64,000 bases of DNA from Thermoplasmatota archaeon. GTDB taxonomy: Archaea > Thermoplasmatota > Penumbrarchaeia > Penumbrarchaeales > Penumbrarchaeaceae. The number at the start of each line of letters is the position of its first letter. Within the stretch, counting starts at the first letter, position 1. Below the pieces are notes generated by a model, which was not told the DNA's origin, ran no database searches, and saw only the letters and a program-made list of their open reading frames with translations. Below are positions 39,494 to 50,200 of this stretch, piece after piece. The DNA is taken from positions 1-64,000 of the forward strand of contig CBDDUX010000040.1 of the NCBI GenBank assembly GCA_965234725.1. Reading direction: 5' to 3'. Position numbers and translations under genes: made by a program.

Positions 39494-40969
39494 ATGACCA
39501 AAGAAGGATTGATCAACAAGGTAATGATCGCGAACAGGGGCGAGATCGCAATAAGGATCATGAGGGCCTGCAAGGAGCTGGACATAGCAACTGTAGCAGT
39601 TTACTCCGATGCAGACAAGAATTCACTGTTCGTAAGATATGCAGATGAAGCTTACAACATCGGCAAGGGTCCTGCAAAGATGAGCTATCTGGTCCAGGAC
39701 AAGTTGATAGATGTCGCTCTTGCAGCAGATGTTGAAGGCATACACCCGGGATATGGGTTCCTTGCCGAGAATTCGGACTTCTGCCAGCTTTGCCACAAGA
39801 ACGGTATAGAGTTCATTGGACCTCCGGAATCCGCCATGAGGCTCATGGGGTCCAAGATAGATGCGAAGAAGTCCATGATCGAAGCCGGAGTTAGTGTTGT
39901 TCCAGGTGTTGTCGAAGCCATAACCGATCATGAAAAGGCCAAGGACATCGCACATGATATCGGCTATCCTGTGATGCTGAAAGCGTCCGCAGGAGGCGGT
40001 GGTATCGGAATTCAGCTCGTCCAGAACGAGGAGGAGATGGATAAGGCCCTTGATTCAGTGAGGGTCCTTGCAAAGAACTCCTTCGGTGACGATGCCGTGT
40101 TCATAGAGAAATACATCCATGACCCCAGGCACGTGGAGTTCCAGGTGCTGGGGGATAAGAACGGTCACACCATACATCTCTACGAGAGGGAATGTTCTGT
40201 CCAGAGAAGGAACCAGAAGCTGATAGAGGAGACCCCCTCTTGCGCTCTCACTCCTGAGATCAGGGAGGAGATGGGAAGACAGGCTGTCCTTGCAGCAACA
40301 ACTGCCGGATACTGGAATGCCGGGACCTGTGAGTTCATGTTCAAGGACGGAAAATATTACTTCCTTGAGATGAACACCAGGCTTCAGGTCGAGCATCCCA
40401 TCACCGAAGAGGTGACAAGGACCGACCTTGCAAGGGAGATGCTCTATGTGGCATCCGGACTCGATATCTCATACGCTCAGGAAGAGATCACACAGACAGG
40501 TCATGCGATCGAGTTCAGGCTGAATGCAGAGGATCCTCTGAACCAGTTTGCGCCTGCTCCCGGGAAGATAGTGAAATATGCGGAAGCATCCGGCCCGGGG
40601 ATAAGGATCGATTCAGGAGTGTACCCGGGATATACGATCCCACCATACTACGATTCAATGATCGCAAAACTGATCGTATGGGGTGAGGACAGGAACTACT
40701 GCATCCAGAGGTCGAAAAGGGCCCTCTGGGAAATGCAGATCGGTGGAGTGAAGACCAACATTCCGTTCCATGAAGTGGTCCTGGACCATCCCAAGTTCGT
40801 AGAGGGAGATTACACGACCTCCTTCATACCAAGGTACAACATCATGGAGGCCGTGGTGGAGTACTACAAAGCCAAGAAAGCAGAGCAGGGTGGAGCCAAG
40901 AGAGCTGCCGCAATGGCTGCCGTCGAAGCTGTCATCGCTGGTGTTGCGCAGTCCCGAAAGACAGAATAA
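39494..40969 (+). CDS. pycA: Pyruvate carboxylase subunit A (biotin carboxylase)
   Basis: KVMIANRGEIAIR, IHPGYGFLAEN, KASAGGGGIG, ERECSVQRRNQK, EMNTRLQVEHP, YYDSMIAKLI. GGTGA RBS before ATG 39494. Confidence 0.93.
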   Translation: MTKEGLINKVMIANRGEIAIRIMRACKELDIATVAVYSDADKNSLFVRYADEAYNIGKGPAKMSYLVQDKLIDVALAADVEGIHPGYGFLAENSDFCQLCHKNGIEFIGPPESAMRLMGSKIDAKKSMIEAGVSVVPGVVEAITDHEKAKDIAHDIGYPVMLKASAGGGGIGIQLVQNEEEMDKALDSVRVLAKNSFGDDAVFIEKYIHDPRHVEFQVLGDKNGHTIHLYERECSVQRRNQKLIEETPSCALTPEIREEMGRQAVLAATTAGYWNAGTCEFMFKDGKYYFLEMNTRLQVEHPITEEVTRTDLAREMLYVASGLDISYAQEEITQTGHAIEFRLNAEDPLNQFAPAPGKIVKYAEASGPGIRIDSGVYPGYTIPPYYDSMIAKLIVWGEDRNYCIQRSKRALWEMQIGGVKTNIPFHEVVLDHPKFVEGDYTTSFIPRYNIMEAVVEYYKAKKAEQGGAKRAAAMAAVEAVIAGVAQSRKTE

Positions 40970-40980
40970 ACGGATCCATT

Positions 40981-41008
40981 AAAAGCCCCCATTTAGGGGG
41001 CTTTTTCT
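40981..41008 (+). terminator. Hairpin plus T-tract terminator after pycA
   Basis: AAAAGCCCCC-ATTTA-GGGGGCTTTT followed by further T residues, 12 nt after the stop. Confidence 0.8.
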
Positions 41009-41045
41009 TGGAATATTTTTAATATTTGCATTATATTTCCAGATC

Positions 41046-41396
41046 ATGGAAGAGTCTGGCGGGTACGATTTCAATACCATGTCCGAAGAAAAAGAGCAGG
41101 ACGCAGTTCCTTTAGAAGAGAAGAAGGGTCTTGAGATCAAACTGATACTAATGATCATTTTCGGGATCGTCTCTCTTTTCACTTCTCCTGTATTTGTGGT
41201 GTTCCTTGGTATCCTGTCCGGGCGAGTTTATTTCATCATGATATTCGTCTCCCTGGGTTTTGCAGGAGCTTCCGGTTATCTTGGAGAACGTTTGATCAAG
41301 AAAAGCAACAAACTTGGATGGATCGGGATCGGTTTCATGGCATTTGCCATCCTTCTTGTCCTGGGTCCTATCATCCTTGCTTTCATCTTCATCTGA
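41046..41396 (+). CDS. Small membrane protein (about 3 TM)
   Basis: Charged N-terminus then three hydrophobic segments; start may be ATG 41079. Confidence 0.7.
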   Translation: MEESGGYDFNTMSEEKEQDAVPLEEKKGLEIKLILMIIFGIVSLFTSPVFVVFLGILSGRVYFIMIFVSLGFAGASGYLGERLIKKSNKLGWIGIGFMAFAILLVLGPIILAFIFI

Positions 41397-41472
41397 TATT
41401 CCCTCCACTTGAGACTGGGATCCTCTTTCTAAAAACTATTTCTACCGGAGGTCCATATCCCGATCGATATCC

Positions 41473-43077
41473 ATGCGGCCTCCCCTGGAACCAAGAGGAA
41501 CTCAGGAAGAGATGATGAAGGACCCCAAATGGAACGGGGTTCCACCTACTGGAAACAGGGAGATCTTCAACAAGTACCGATTCCTTGGCCTCCTTCTACT
41601 TGTTTTCGCGGTTAAGATCGTCATTTGGGGATTCTACCGTTTCATCACAGGGAATGTCTATCCCTTCACCATTCCAGAGCTGAACTTCGCCATGGGAACA
41701 TTCATGAAACCCATCCTTCAGCTTGGTCCTCTTCTCATCCTCTGGTGGTATGTGTTCAAAGAAAGGGGAAGCCCTTTCAGATTTACACGCAAGAACCTAG
41801 CTTCTTCACTCTTCTTCGGATTCCTCATGGCACTTGTCTTCTTCTTCGTGGCCACAGGTGTATATGTGGTCCACAATCTGATCATGGGATACGGGACGAA
41901 TTTCCATTTCGTTGCAGGATGGGACGAAGTCGGTTGGGGCCTGATAATCGCCATGATGTTCTCGTTCATGATCGGGACAGGACCTGCAGAGGAGCTCTTT
42001 TCCCGAGGATTCCTACAGGACCAGGCTGCCAGGGTATTCCCTCTGTGGCAGGCAATGACCTTTTCGGCAATTCTTTTTGCAATTGGTCATCTTCCGATCT
42101 CCATCCTGATGCACAAGATGCCATTTGACGAGATCATGTGGTACATGGCGGTCCTTGTGGTCATGGGATTCTTCTTCTCCATCATCTACCAGTGGTCCCG
42201 CAATATTATATTCCCCATACTCATCCATGGACTCTGGGACTGGTACCTTTCACTTTTTGCAATTAAGGGAGAGTTCACTTATGAATTTGCCCAGAATCCC
42301 GGGGCCTACTTCGGAATGGTGGATTTCATCAATACGGTGATCACCCTTGTCATACTCCTCCCTGTCTTCTACATGATATACCGCAAGTTCTGGAGGCGGG
42401 ATATCATCTCAACAGGATCTCCTGATGACACACCCAGGGAAAAGATCCGCCTTTTCCGCTGGTTAAAGGATCGGGATCATGGAGATTGGCCCTCAAGACC
42501 GGTCGTATTTACCGTCGCTATTACCGGAATATTCTGTTTGCTTATGATCCCATTCGCTGGTGTGATAGGTACCGATGATCCGAACCTCCAAATAGATAGA
42601 TATGAGGAGGGTGCCGGGGAGATGGTCCTGAAGGTGGAGCAATACAGGGTATTGGTAGGGGCTGAACTAAGCGACCATGAGATGAATACCACCTACCTCG
42701 GCTCCTCGAACTCCACGATAAACTGGGTCAATCTGACATTGACATGGGAGGACGAACCCGCAGCCGGACCAAGATATGTCAACAGACCTGACAGCTTCAA
42801 AATGACGCTAAGGGACGGTGACGGAAAGGAGCTCGATACCGTTCAGGGAAGTACAGGTGATCTGGACCTGATCTGGGTCGCAACCCTGGGAGAGGTTCCC
42901 CTTTCATTTGTGGAGATAGAGGTAGAGCTTCTTTCGACAGGTGACCAGGAACCGATCATCAATCCTCTGGGACTTCGTGAGGTCCAGGACACCCAGAACA
43001 CATTCGGACTTGACATCAAGTACGAGCTTCAGTTCAAGGAGAAGGGAGATCCGGAGGAATTGAACGTCAGATGGTGA
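41473..43077 (+). CDS. CPBP (CAAX/Abi) intramembrane glutamic endopeptidase with C-terminal soluble beta domain
   Basis: GPAEELFSRG, SAILFAIGH, ILIHGLWD motifs; extra TM helices then an acidic beta-rich domain. Start may be ATG 41512. Confidence 0.88.
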   Translation: MRPPLEPRGTQEEMMKDPKWNGVPPTGNREIFNKYRFLGLLLLVFAVKIVIWGFYRFITGNVYPFTIPELNFAMGTFMKPILQLGPLLILWWYVFKERGSPFRFTRKNLASSLFFGFLMALVFFFVATGVYVVHNLIMGYGTNFHFVAGWDEVGWGLIIAMMFSFMIGTGPAEELFSRGFLQDQAARVFPLWQAMTFSAILFAIGHLPISILMHKMPFDEIMWYMAVLVVMGFFFSIIYQWSRNIIFPILIHGLWDWYLSLFAIKGEFTYEFAQNPGAYFGMVDFINTVITLVILLPVFYMIYRKFWRRDIISTGSPDDTPREKIRLFRWLKDRDHGDWPSRPVVFTVAITGIFCLLMIPFAGVIGTDDPNLQIDRYEEGAGEMVLKVEQYRVLVGAELSDHEMNTTYLGSSNSTINWVNLTLTWEDEPAAGPRYVNRPDSFKMTLRDGDGKELDTVQGSTGDLDLIWVATLGEVPLSFVEIEVELLSTGDQEPIINPLGLREVQDTQNTFGLDIKYELQFKEKGDPEELNVRW

Positions 43078-43166
43078 TCCATGTAAGATATTTGGAAATA
43101 GATCATTTCACCGATGTTGATCCTGCCATATACTGAGACGAAGTCCTCGGGGGGGAGGTGTTGATA

Positions 43167-43583
43167 ATGGAAAGAACAAAGGTCCTGTTCCTCTGCACAC
43201 ACAACTCATGCAGGTCCCAGATGGCGGAAGCACTGCTTCGTCACAAGTATGGTGATCGATACATCAGTTATAGTGCGGGTATTCAGGCGACCCGGGTAGA
43301 TACCAATGCTGTCAAGGTCCTGGAAGAACTTGGTATCGACTCCTCCGGGCTTCGCTCCAAGTTTGTTGACGAATTTATCGACATGGATATGGACTTGGTC
43401 GTGACGGTTTGCAATCATGCAAAGGAAGCGTGTCCCTTCTTCCCAGGAGCAAGGGAATTCATCCATAAAGGTTTCCGGGACCCTCCAGATCTTATCGAAC
43501 AGGGGATGGAAACTATCTGGGCCTTCAGGATGATAAGGGATGAGATCTCTGCCTGGTTGGATACCAAGTTCGGGGATCTATGA
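43167..43583 (+). CDS. arsC: Arsenate reductase, LMW-PTP family
   Basis: VLFLCTHNSCRSQMAEA, SAG, VTVC...KEACP, F.DP, RDEI. Confidence 0.9.
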   Translation: MERTKVLFLCTHNSCRSQMAEALLRHKYGDRYISYSAGIQATRVDTNAVKVLEELGIDSSGLRSKFVDEFIDMDMDLVVTVCNHAKEACPFFPGAREFIHKGFRDPPDLIEQGMETIWAFRMIRDEISAWLDTKFGDL

Positions 43584-43640
43584 TCCAAGATTATCATTCC
43601 GTCAAATGCATCATCGACAATCCAAATTTCATTATCGTTT

Positions 43641-44825
43641 CTACCTGGTAAGAGCCGTATATACCTCAAGCATTCGATCACCCATGACCTTCATGGTCCA
43701 CATCTTGGAATACTGGTAGGCTTCTTCAGCTTTCTTCCTGTAAAGATCTTCATCCGTAAGAAGTGAGATCACTCTTGAGGAGAACTCGTCCACATCCTCA
43801 TTGACCATGAATCCGCCGTTATCTCCTTTCATCACGTTCCTGGTTCCCATCTCTCCTATTGCCACCACAGGGGTTCCGCATATCATTGATTCGACGGTCA
43901 CAAGACCTTGTGTCTCGGTCTTTGAAGGGAATGTGAATATATCGGCCAGTGTGAATGCATATTTGATATCCTTCCGATCGATGTAACCCAGGAAGGATAT
44001 CCTATCGGATATCCCCATCTTCTCGGCCTTTTCCTTCATCTCTTCCTTCTGAGGTCCGTCCCCTACCATCATGAGATGAGCATCTGGCACCTTTTTCAGG
44101 ACCTTTTCAAGGACCGGAAGTAAAAATAAAACGTTCTTCTCTCCACCGATCCTGCCAACAAAGAGCAATCTCTTCCTGCCTTTGAGTTCGGGGAATGTTT
44201 CAAAGAACATTGAATTGTTTTTCTCTTCCTCTTTTGAGGTCCCTGAGAACTCCTCTTCCGGGATCCCGGTGGGAATGATGGTGATGTCCTTTTTAATTCC
44301 ATAGGACCTGAGGACGTCCTTCATCAACTTACTGGGTGTCAGTAATCTGTCATTCTTGTTGTAGAAGTTGAAGGTGTACCTCTTAGCTATCCACCTCGCA
44401 TTCCGGTCTGGAAGCCAGGGAGCGTAGTAGTGGATATACTGCTCGAAATAGGTATGGCAGGTCATGATCAGTGGTATTTTCTTTTCCAATGCATAGGACC
44501 TTACCATCCTTCCCAGATTGAACTCGGTCTGAACATGGATGATATCTGGTGATATGGACTCCAATCTCTTTCTGACCTCCCTCTTTTCCGATCTGTTCAC
44601 AAGGCGGTCCTCATCGGAGATAGGGGTCTTGTGGGCTTTGAACCTGTGGACATTGGTGTTTCCCATCTCCCTATCCTTCTCGTATCCTCCGGGGTATTCG
44701 GAAGCGAACACGTGGATAGTATGACCTCTCCTCTCCAGTTCATGCTTGAAGGAGTCAATTGAAACCGCCATCCCGCTGAACCTTGGCCAGTAGTTGTCAG
44801 TTGCATATACTATCTTGAATCCCAC
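43641..44825 (-). CDS. Glycosyltransferase family 4
   Basis: KIVYATDNYWPRFSG, DIIHVQT, TCHT, FVGRIGGEKN, FPSKTETQGLVTVESM..GTPVV. Start GTG 44825 preferred; the ORF is open to 44876. Confidence 0.9.
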   Translation of the reverse strand: MGFKIVYATDNYWPRFSGMAVSIDSFKHELERRGHTIHVFASEYPGGYEKDREMGNTNVHRFKAHKTPISDEDRLVNRSEKREVRKRLESISPDIIHVQTEFNLGRMVRSYALEKKIPLIMTCHTYFEQYIHYYAPWLPDRNARWIAKRYTFNFYNKNDRLLTPSKLMKDVLRSYGIKKDITIIPTGIPEEEFSGTSKEEEKNNSMFFETFPELKGRKRLLFVGRIGGEKNVLFLLPVLEKVLKKVPDAHLMMVGDGPQKEEMKEKAEKMGISDRISFLGYIDRKDIKYAFTLADIFTFPSKTETQGLVTVESMICGTPVVAIGEMGTRNVMKGDNGGFMVNEDVDEFSSRVISLLTDEDLYRKKAEEAYQYSKMWTMKVMGDRMLEVYTALTR

Positions 44826-44953
44826 GATGCATGATGGCAATGAAAATATAGATATGTGTCTTGAAGAAGGTTTCATACACCATTCAATAATCTTAAATAA
44901 TCCACCTGGAATCGATGTTTGATGGGGCTGATCTTTTGAGATATCACTTTCTG

Positions 44954-47236
44954 ATGAAGATAACAGTTATGCTGATCTTCATATCAGTTGTTTTCACATC
45001 AATATCTTACAATGCCATAGGGGATGAAAACCTCTCAATTTCAGAGGCATCATTCGGACTTCCACAGGAAACGGATTCATTCTCAACCGTGGAGGTTTTC
45101 GATTCGGATCGGGACGGTCTGGATGAGATCTTCATGGGAGGATCCGGATTCAGTGATGGAGATATCCGAACAGAAGGTATCAGAGCCTATGAATATGATA
45201 AGATCAGTGGGAGATGGGAACCCTTTGGATCAGGTCTTCCAGGTCCTGGATCGGGTGTGTACTACGGGGCTATCGCACTGGGCGATGTAAATGGCGATGG
45301 GAATATGGACATTTCAGCCCCGAAACCATCCAGATGGTATGATATTGATTATTCCGAGAACGGAGTGGATATCTACACCGGTAACGGACAGGGTAGTTTC
45401 GAGTTCACCCATACGATCCCTCTTGACGATTCTCAGCTCGGTTCCTCAAATGAGGTTGAGGTAGCTGACCTGGACGATGACGGTTTCACGGACATAATAG
45501 TCTCCACATATTCTGGCATCAAGGTATTCTTCGGAGATGGTTCGGGAACCAGATGGAACGAACAGAGTCCACCTCATCTGAAAAGTACAGAGATATCTGG
45601 GGTAGGTATCGGTGACCTGAACAAGGACGGTCTTCTGGACATTGTGGGTACACCCTATCAGAGGTCCGAGGATGTAGAGATGTATGTGCAGGGGAATCTC
45701 AGGAGCTGGAGAGATGTCCCGTTTAAGCAGACCACCGCAGGTTTCGGTACAAAGATCCTTGATGTGGACCTCGATGGCAACAACGATGTTGTCTACGGGA
45801 CCTTGGATGAGGGGATCAAAGTCTGGTTGGGCCAGGGAGAGGTAACTCTCACCAGCTTTCCTTGTACTGAGGGTGATGAGGGTCTTCCCACAACAGACGG
45901 CCAATGGGACCAGGTGGAACTCTCTGATATCAATGGTGACGGAAAACCTGACCTGATAGCAGCGATCAACTCAAGACCAACAGTCCATTGTTTCATCAAT
46001 GATCTGCCCAGTGGCTGGTATGAGGTATTCACCGGTGATGAGGAGCTGTACGTCGGTGGTCAAGCTTACGGGGCTAATTTCGGAGACTGGAATGGTGACG
46101 GTCAGATGGATATTGGAGCCTGCTCATGGGAAGACGGGGCTGATGCCTGGCTTCTTTCCTCCCTACAAGGAACATCTCCTGTTGCGGATGCCGGATCTGA
46201 CCGGACCGTGGATATTGGTGTTAAGGTGATACTTGACGGGTCCGGAAGCCGGGATCCTGACGGAGAGATCATTGAATGGGAGTGGGATTGCACATCTCAT
46301 GATGTGGATCTGGAAGATGCCGAAACATCCTCACCAAGCTTCACACCCTCCGAGGAGGGTATCTATGTCTTCAATCTCAGGGTCATGGACGATGATGACG
46401 AATGGTCACAGACCTCCACTGTAAGGATAACCGTAATCGATCCCACCCGGAATATCAAACCAGTAGCCTATGCTGGTGCTCCCCAACATGTAAACGTTGA
46501 TGACCTTGTCGAACTTGATGGGTCCGGTTCAACAGATATGGATGGAAGCATTGTTGAATGGCAGTGGACCTGCACATCCCATAATGGTATATCACTTGAA
46601 GATGCAGATACAGCTTATCCCTCCTTCATACCAGATAAGGAAGGGACCTACAGGTTCCGATTGATAGTTACCGATGATGATGGTGATGATTCCGATCCGG
46701 ACCAGGTAACAGTTGAAGCATCCTACCAGGTATTCTATCCTCGATTGGGACCATTCAACTATGAGAACGGAGAACCATTGTCGGGTGCAGATGTCATTTT
46801 AACCAGTGGTTCCGATGAAAAGAGGTCCATCACAGATGAAAATGGATATGCCACATTTGAGATGGGATTGATCGAAGGGACTTATACGTGTGTTGTGGAA
46901 AGGGATGGAGAGGTCCTGATAAAAGGCCTTTCGATAACCATTGCCTCCAACGGCAGGGTAACATATGGTGGAGGGTCCATTCCTGAAATTCCTGTAGATG
47001 AGGGGAACAGTAATACCATTTTCATCATCATTATCGCCGGGATCGTTGTGTTTGCCATATTGACGATCGTGGTTTTCATGCTTGTCAGAAGGAGCGGAAA
47101 GGAGGATTTTATTGAGGTGGAGGTCTCCGATCAAGGGGGTGCTTATGCCTGTGAAAATTGTGGAACAACTCTGACCTACATGACAGACTTCAATATGTAC
47201 TACTGCAGCAGCTGCGACAAATACGCAGGACAGTAG
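44954..47236 (+). CDS. Surface protein: FG-GAP/VCBS beta-propeller, two PKD-like domains, TM anchor and cytoplasmic zinc ribbon
   Basis: Seven D(V/L/I/W)(N/D)xDGxxD repeats, PVADAG..LDGSGS.D.DG.I..W.W twice, TM helix, tail CENCG..LTY......YCSSC. Confidence 0.88.
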   Translation: MKITVMLIFISVVFTSISYNAIGDENLSISEASFGLPQETDSFSTVEVFDSDRDGLDEIFMGGSGFSDGDIRTEGIRAYEYDKISGRWEPFGSGLPGPGSGVYYGAIALGDVNGDGNMDISAPKPSRWYDIDYSENGVDIYTGNGQGSFEFTHTIPLDDSQLGSSNEVEVADLDDDGFTDIIVSTYSGIKVFFGDGSGTRWNEQSPPHLKSTEISGVGIGDLNKDGLLDIVGTPYQRSEDVEMYVQGNLRSWRDVPFKQTTAGFGTKILDVDLDGNNDVVYGTLDEGIKVWLGQGEVTLTSFPCTEGDEGLPTTDGQWDQVELSDINGDGKPDLIAAINSRPTVHCFINDLPSGWYEVFTGDEELYVGGQAYGANFGDWNGDGQMDIGACSWEDGADAWLLSSLQGTSPVADAGSDRTVDIGVKVILDGSGSRDPDGEIIEWEWDCTSHDVDLEDAETSSPSFTPSEEGIYVFNLRVMDDDDEWSQTSTVRITVIDPTRNIKPVAYAGAPQHVNVDDLVELDGSGSTDMDGSIVEWQWTCTSHNGISLEDADTAYPSFIPDKEGTYRFRLIVTDDDGDDSDPDQVTVEASYQVFYPRLGPFNYENGEPLSGADVILTSGSDEKRSITDENGYATFEMGLIEGTYTCVVERDGEVLIKGLSITIASNGRVTYGGGSIPEIPVDEGNSNTIFIIIIAGIVVFAILTIVVFMLVRRSGKEDFIEVEVSDQGGAYACENCGTTLTYMTDFNMYYCSSCDKYAGQ

Positions 47237-47268
47237 GAGTCTCTTTGCTGAAGGTATATAACAGGAAA

Positions 47269-50200
47269 TCATTCCTCATCTTCCGCCGGTCTGCTTCTCC
47301 TCGATATAATGATGATAGCGGAGATCGAGATGAGCAGGATCACAAGTATAAGGATGATTATCCAGATCATATTTCCGTTGTCATCATCATCCGATCCGGG
47401 TTCATCTATAGGTGGTTCTTCGCTTTTCAATGATAAGGCCGGTGGTCCTTCTTCCAGAAGGCCTTCCATTGTGATCTTCGTGCTGTATTGGATCGGTTCG
47501 TAACCATCCAGAGAGATCGAGATATTAACATCCGAACCAAGAAGGTCCTTCGAAAGGTTGAATTCGGCAATACCGTCCGGACCTGTGTTGTTTTCCAGGG
47601 TGAGGGTACTAATTGTGATGACGATCCTGCAATTATCCAGGAAAGAACCCGTTTCATTCCTTATCGGACCTATGGATAGAATGAAGTGGACTGTAACATT
47701 ATCGATCACATCCTGGATCTTAACCATGGGAGGTGGTAATGTTTCCAGCAAACCCTCCTTTGTAATATTGGTGGAGTAGGTAAGGTTCTGATAACCTTCC
47801 TTGAAAAGGGTGATAACAACAGGAATACCATAGGATGATCTTGCAAGGATGAAGTATGTATTCCCATCCAGGTCTGATAGGGAACTATCTTCAAACCCTT
47901 CCAAGGAGATCGATACCGAGACATTATCCAGGACCGTTCCGTTCTCATCGATTATCGGTCCAATGGTCAGTGAGTAATTACCAATTTCAAACGCTTCTCC
48001 TGCGATCCCAAATATCGAAAAATGATCCAGATCGATCTGGATATAACCCGCATAATCCATCCCATTCAAGTTGAGATCGGTGGTGTTCACCCTTGAGATC
48101 GAGGAAAGGTTCATCCAGGTTCCATTCTCCAACCTGTAGATCGTGAGAGTGGATTCATCTATATCGCCCGTATCATCGGCATCCCCGTCATTATTTCTGT
48201 CCAGATCATCGACAGTGTAATAGATCCTCAGTTCCGCCCAGCTGACCTCCACATCTCCGGTAAGGTCCACCTGTATGAACCTGTCAATTGGATATCGATC
48301 GAGAGGTATCCCTGAAGATACTTTCATTGGTGTCGGTGGATCCATAAGGTGGGTCAATTCCAGTTTAGCTGTTGAATTTCCTTTGAATTCACAGAAGAGA
48401 GCGGCATCCACAGCTCTGGTAAGGTCCAATGAATCGAAGTTGATGAATCCCACGGGAGTCATGTAATCAGAGACCACGTGACCGGACTCAACGGACATCA
48501 TTATGCTCTTGAATATTCCAAGGATCCTGTTGTGGTCGTTTTGGAGTGGTTTCGAAATAAGTATCACCGTCTGGTTAGGGGACCATACACCGTATCTGAC
48601 AACACACCTATTCTCCATGGAAGAGTTCATGGCCTCAAGAAGATAAGGAGTATCTTTCAGGAGTTGATAGATCAGATTTCCGGATGTTCCCTGATCCATC
48701 GATGGTTTCCCGACGATAACGATATACTGATCCGTTATCCCCTCAGCCTCGTCAGGAGCCAGCTCATTGATGATAACGGAACCCTGTCCGGAAAGGCCGT
48801 TCTTCAGCATATCCGAGTCCTTTGTACTATCTGAGATGAAGGTTATATTTTCAAGCTCCACTGTGAAATCAAGGTCAGATCCATCCGGGATACCATCCCC
48901 ATCCGAATCCCTACTGAATGGATTGTATCCGATCTCCAGCTCTCTGGAGTCCAACATCCCGTCCCCGTCTGTGTCGTTGTTTATAGGATTCAGCTTCATC
49001 TCTATCTCGAAACCATCCGGAAGAAGGTCCCCGTCGCTGTCTCCAGAGGTTGGATCGGTTTCGTATATCATCTCTATTCCATCCGGGATCCCATCGCCAT
49101 CATCATCGGATTTGTAGGCATTAGTACCCAATTCCAACTCCTCATTATCAAAGAGGGAATCCCTGTCCGGATCCGGGTCCAGAGGATCATAGCCCATTTG
49201 TTTCTCCTCGTTATCGCTCAATCCGTCATCGTCGGTATCGGGATCCCTGGGATTGGTTCCTAAAAGGAATTCCCACTTATCGCTCAGCCCGTCCCCGTCG
49301 GTATCATAAAGTAGAGGATCACCACCCCATGCCAGTTCAAGGGAATCGCTCAATGTATCCCGGTCGGAATCGAAATGAAGCGGATCGGTCCCATTCTCCA
49401 ATTCGAAGAGGTCACCGAGTCCATCCCTGTCCGTATCCGTGGAATTGGGATCTGTTAAAAGGTACTTTTCGTAGGAATCATTCAAACCATCATCGTCCGT
49501 GTCAAAGATCTTCGGACTGGAGAGGACGATCTCTGAGACATCTCCCTCGGGGGTTGTCGAGTTGCATAACCACCCGACCATTTCCTCGTCATCCGGAAGA
49601 CCGTCAGAATCCGTATCATCCGCAACGAGGTCCTCATCGACCCTGTGAAGGGTAGTCAGCATATCGAAAAGAATGATCCTCCCTTTGTAGGTGCCTGAAC
49701 CTGTATTTCCACCCACATAGATCTTATCATCATCACCAACATAGATGGAGGTCTCGGAAAGACCTGTATTCCATTCTGCCAGCATTCTTCTGTTCCTGTC
49801 GAAGACCTGTATCCTATCGTATGTCTGGTCCTCGTCACAGATGTAAATATTGTCATCTTTATCGATGAAAATATCTCCCGGTTTTCCAAACTGGGGGACC
49901 TGCCAGGTGAAGTTCTCTGTCAGGTCAGGATTGTATACATGTACAACCCTATTCTTGATATCTAACAGGAAGATATCTCCAAAACTGTTGACAGCAATTG
50001 AATTGCCCTCCAATGCTCCGATACTGCCGGGTCCGGAGTAATAGGGTAACTGTTTGTAACGAAGTTCCGTTCCATTCGGGTCGAAGACCACAATGTACGG
50101 CCATTCTCCTGGACCTATCCCCATTGCATAAACATTGTCCTCCTCATCCACCCACATCGTTGAAACGGTCCCGATATGATTATTGTACCATTTCGCTTTG

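Noticed and set aside
48880-49630. Dense short repeats that could be mistaken for a CRISPR array
   Set aside because: They are degenerate coding DxDxDG repeats inside the giant ORF, with no identical repeat-spacer periodicity and no cas genes.
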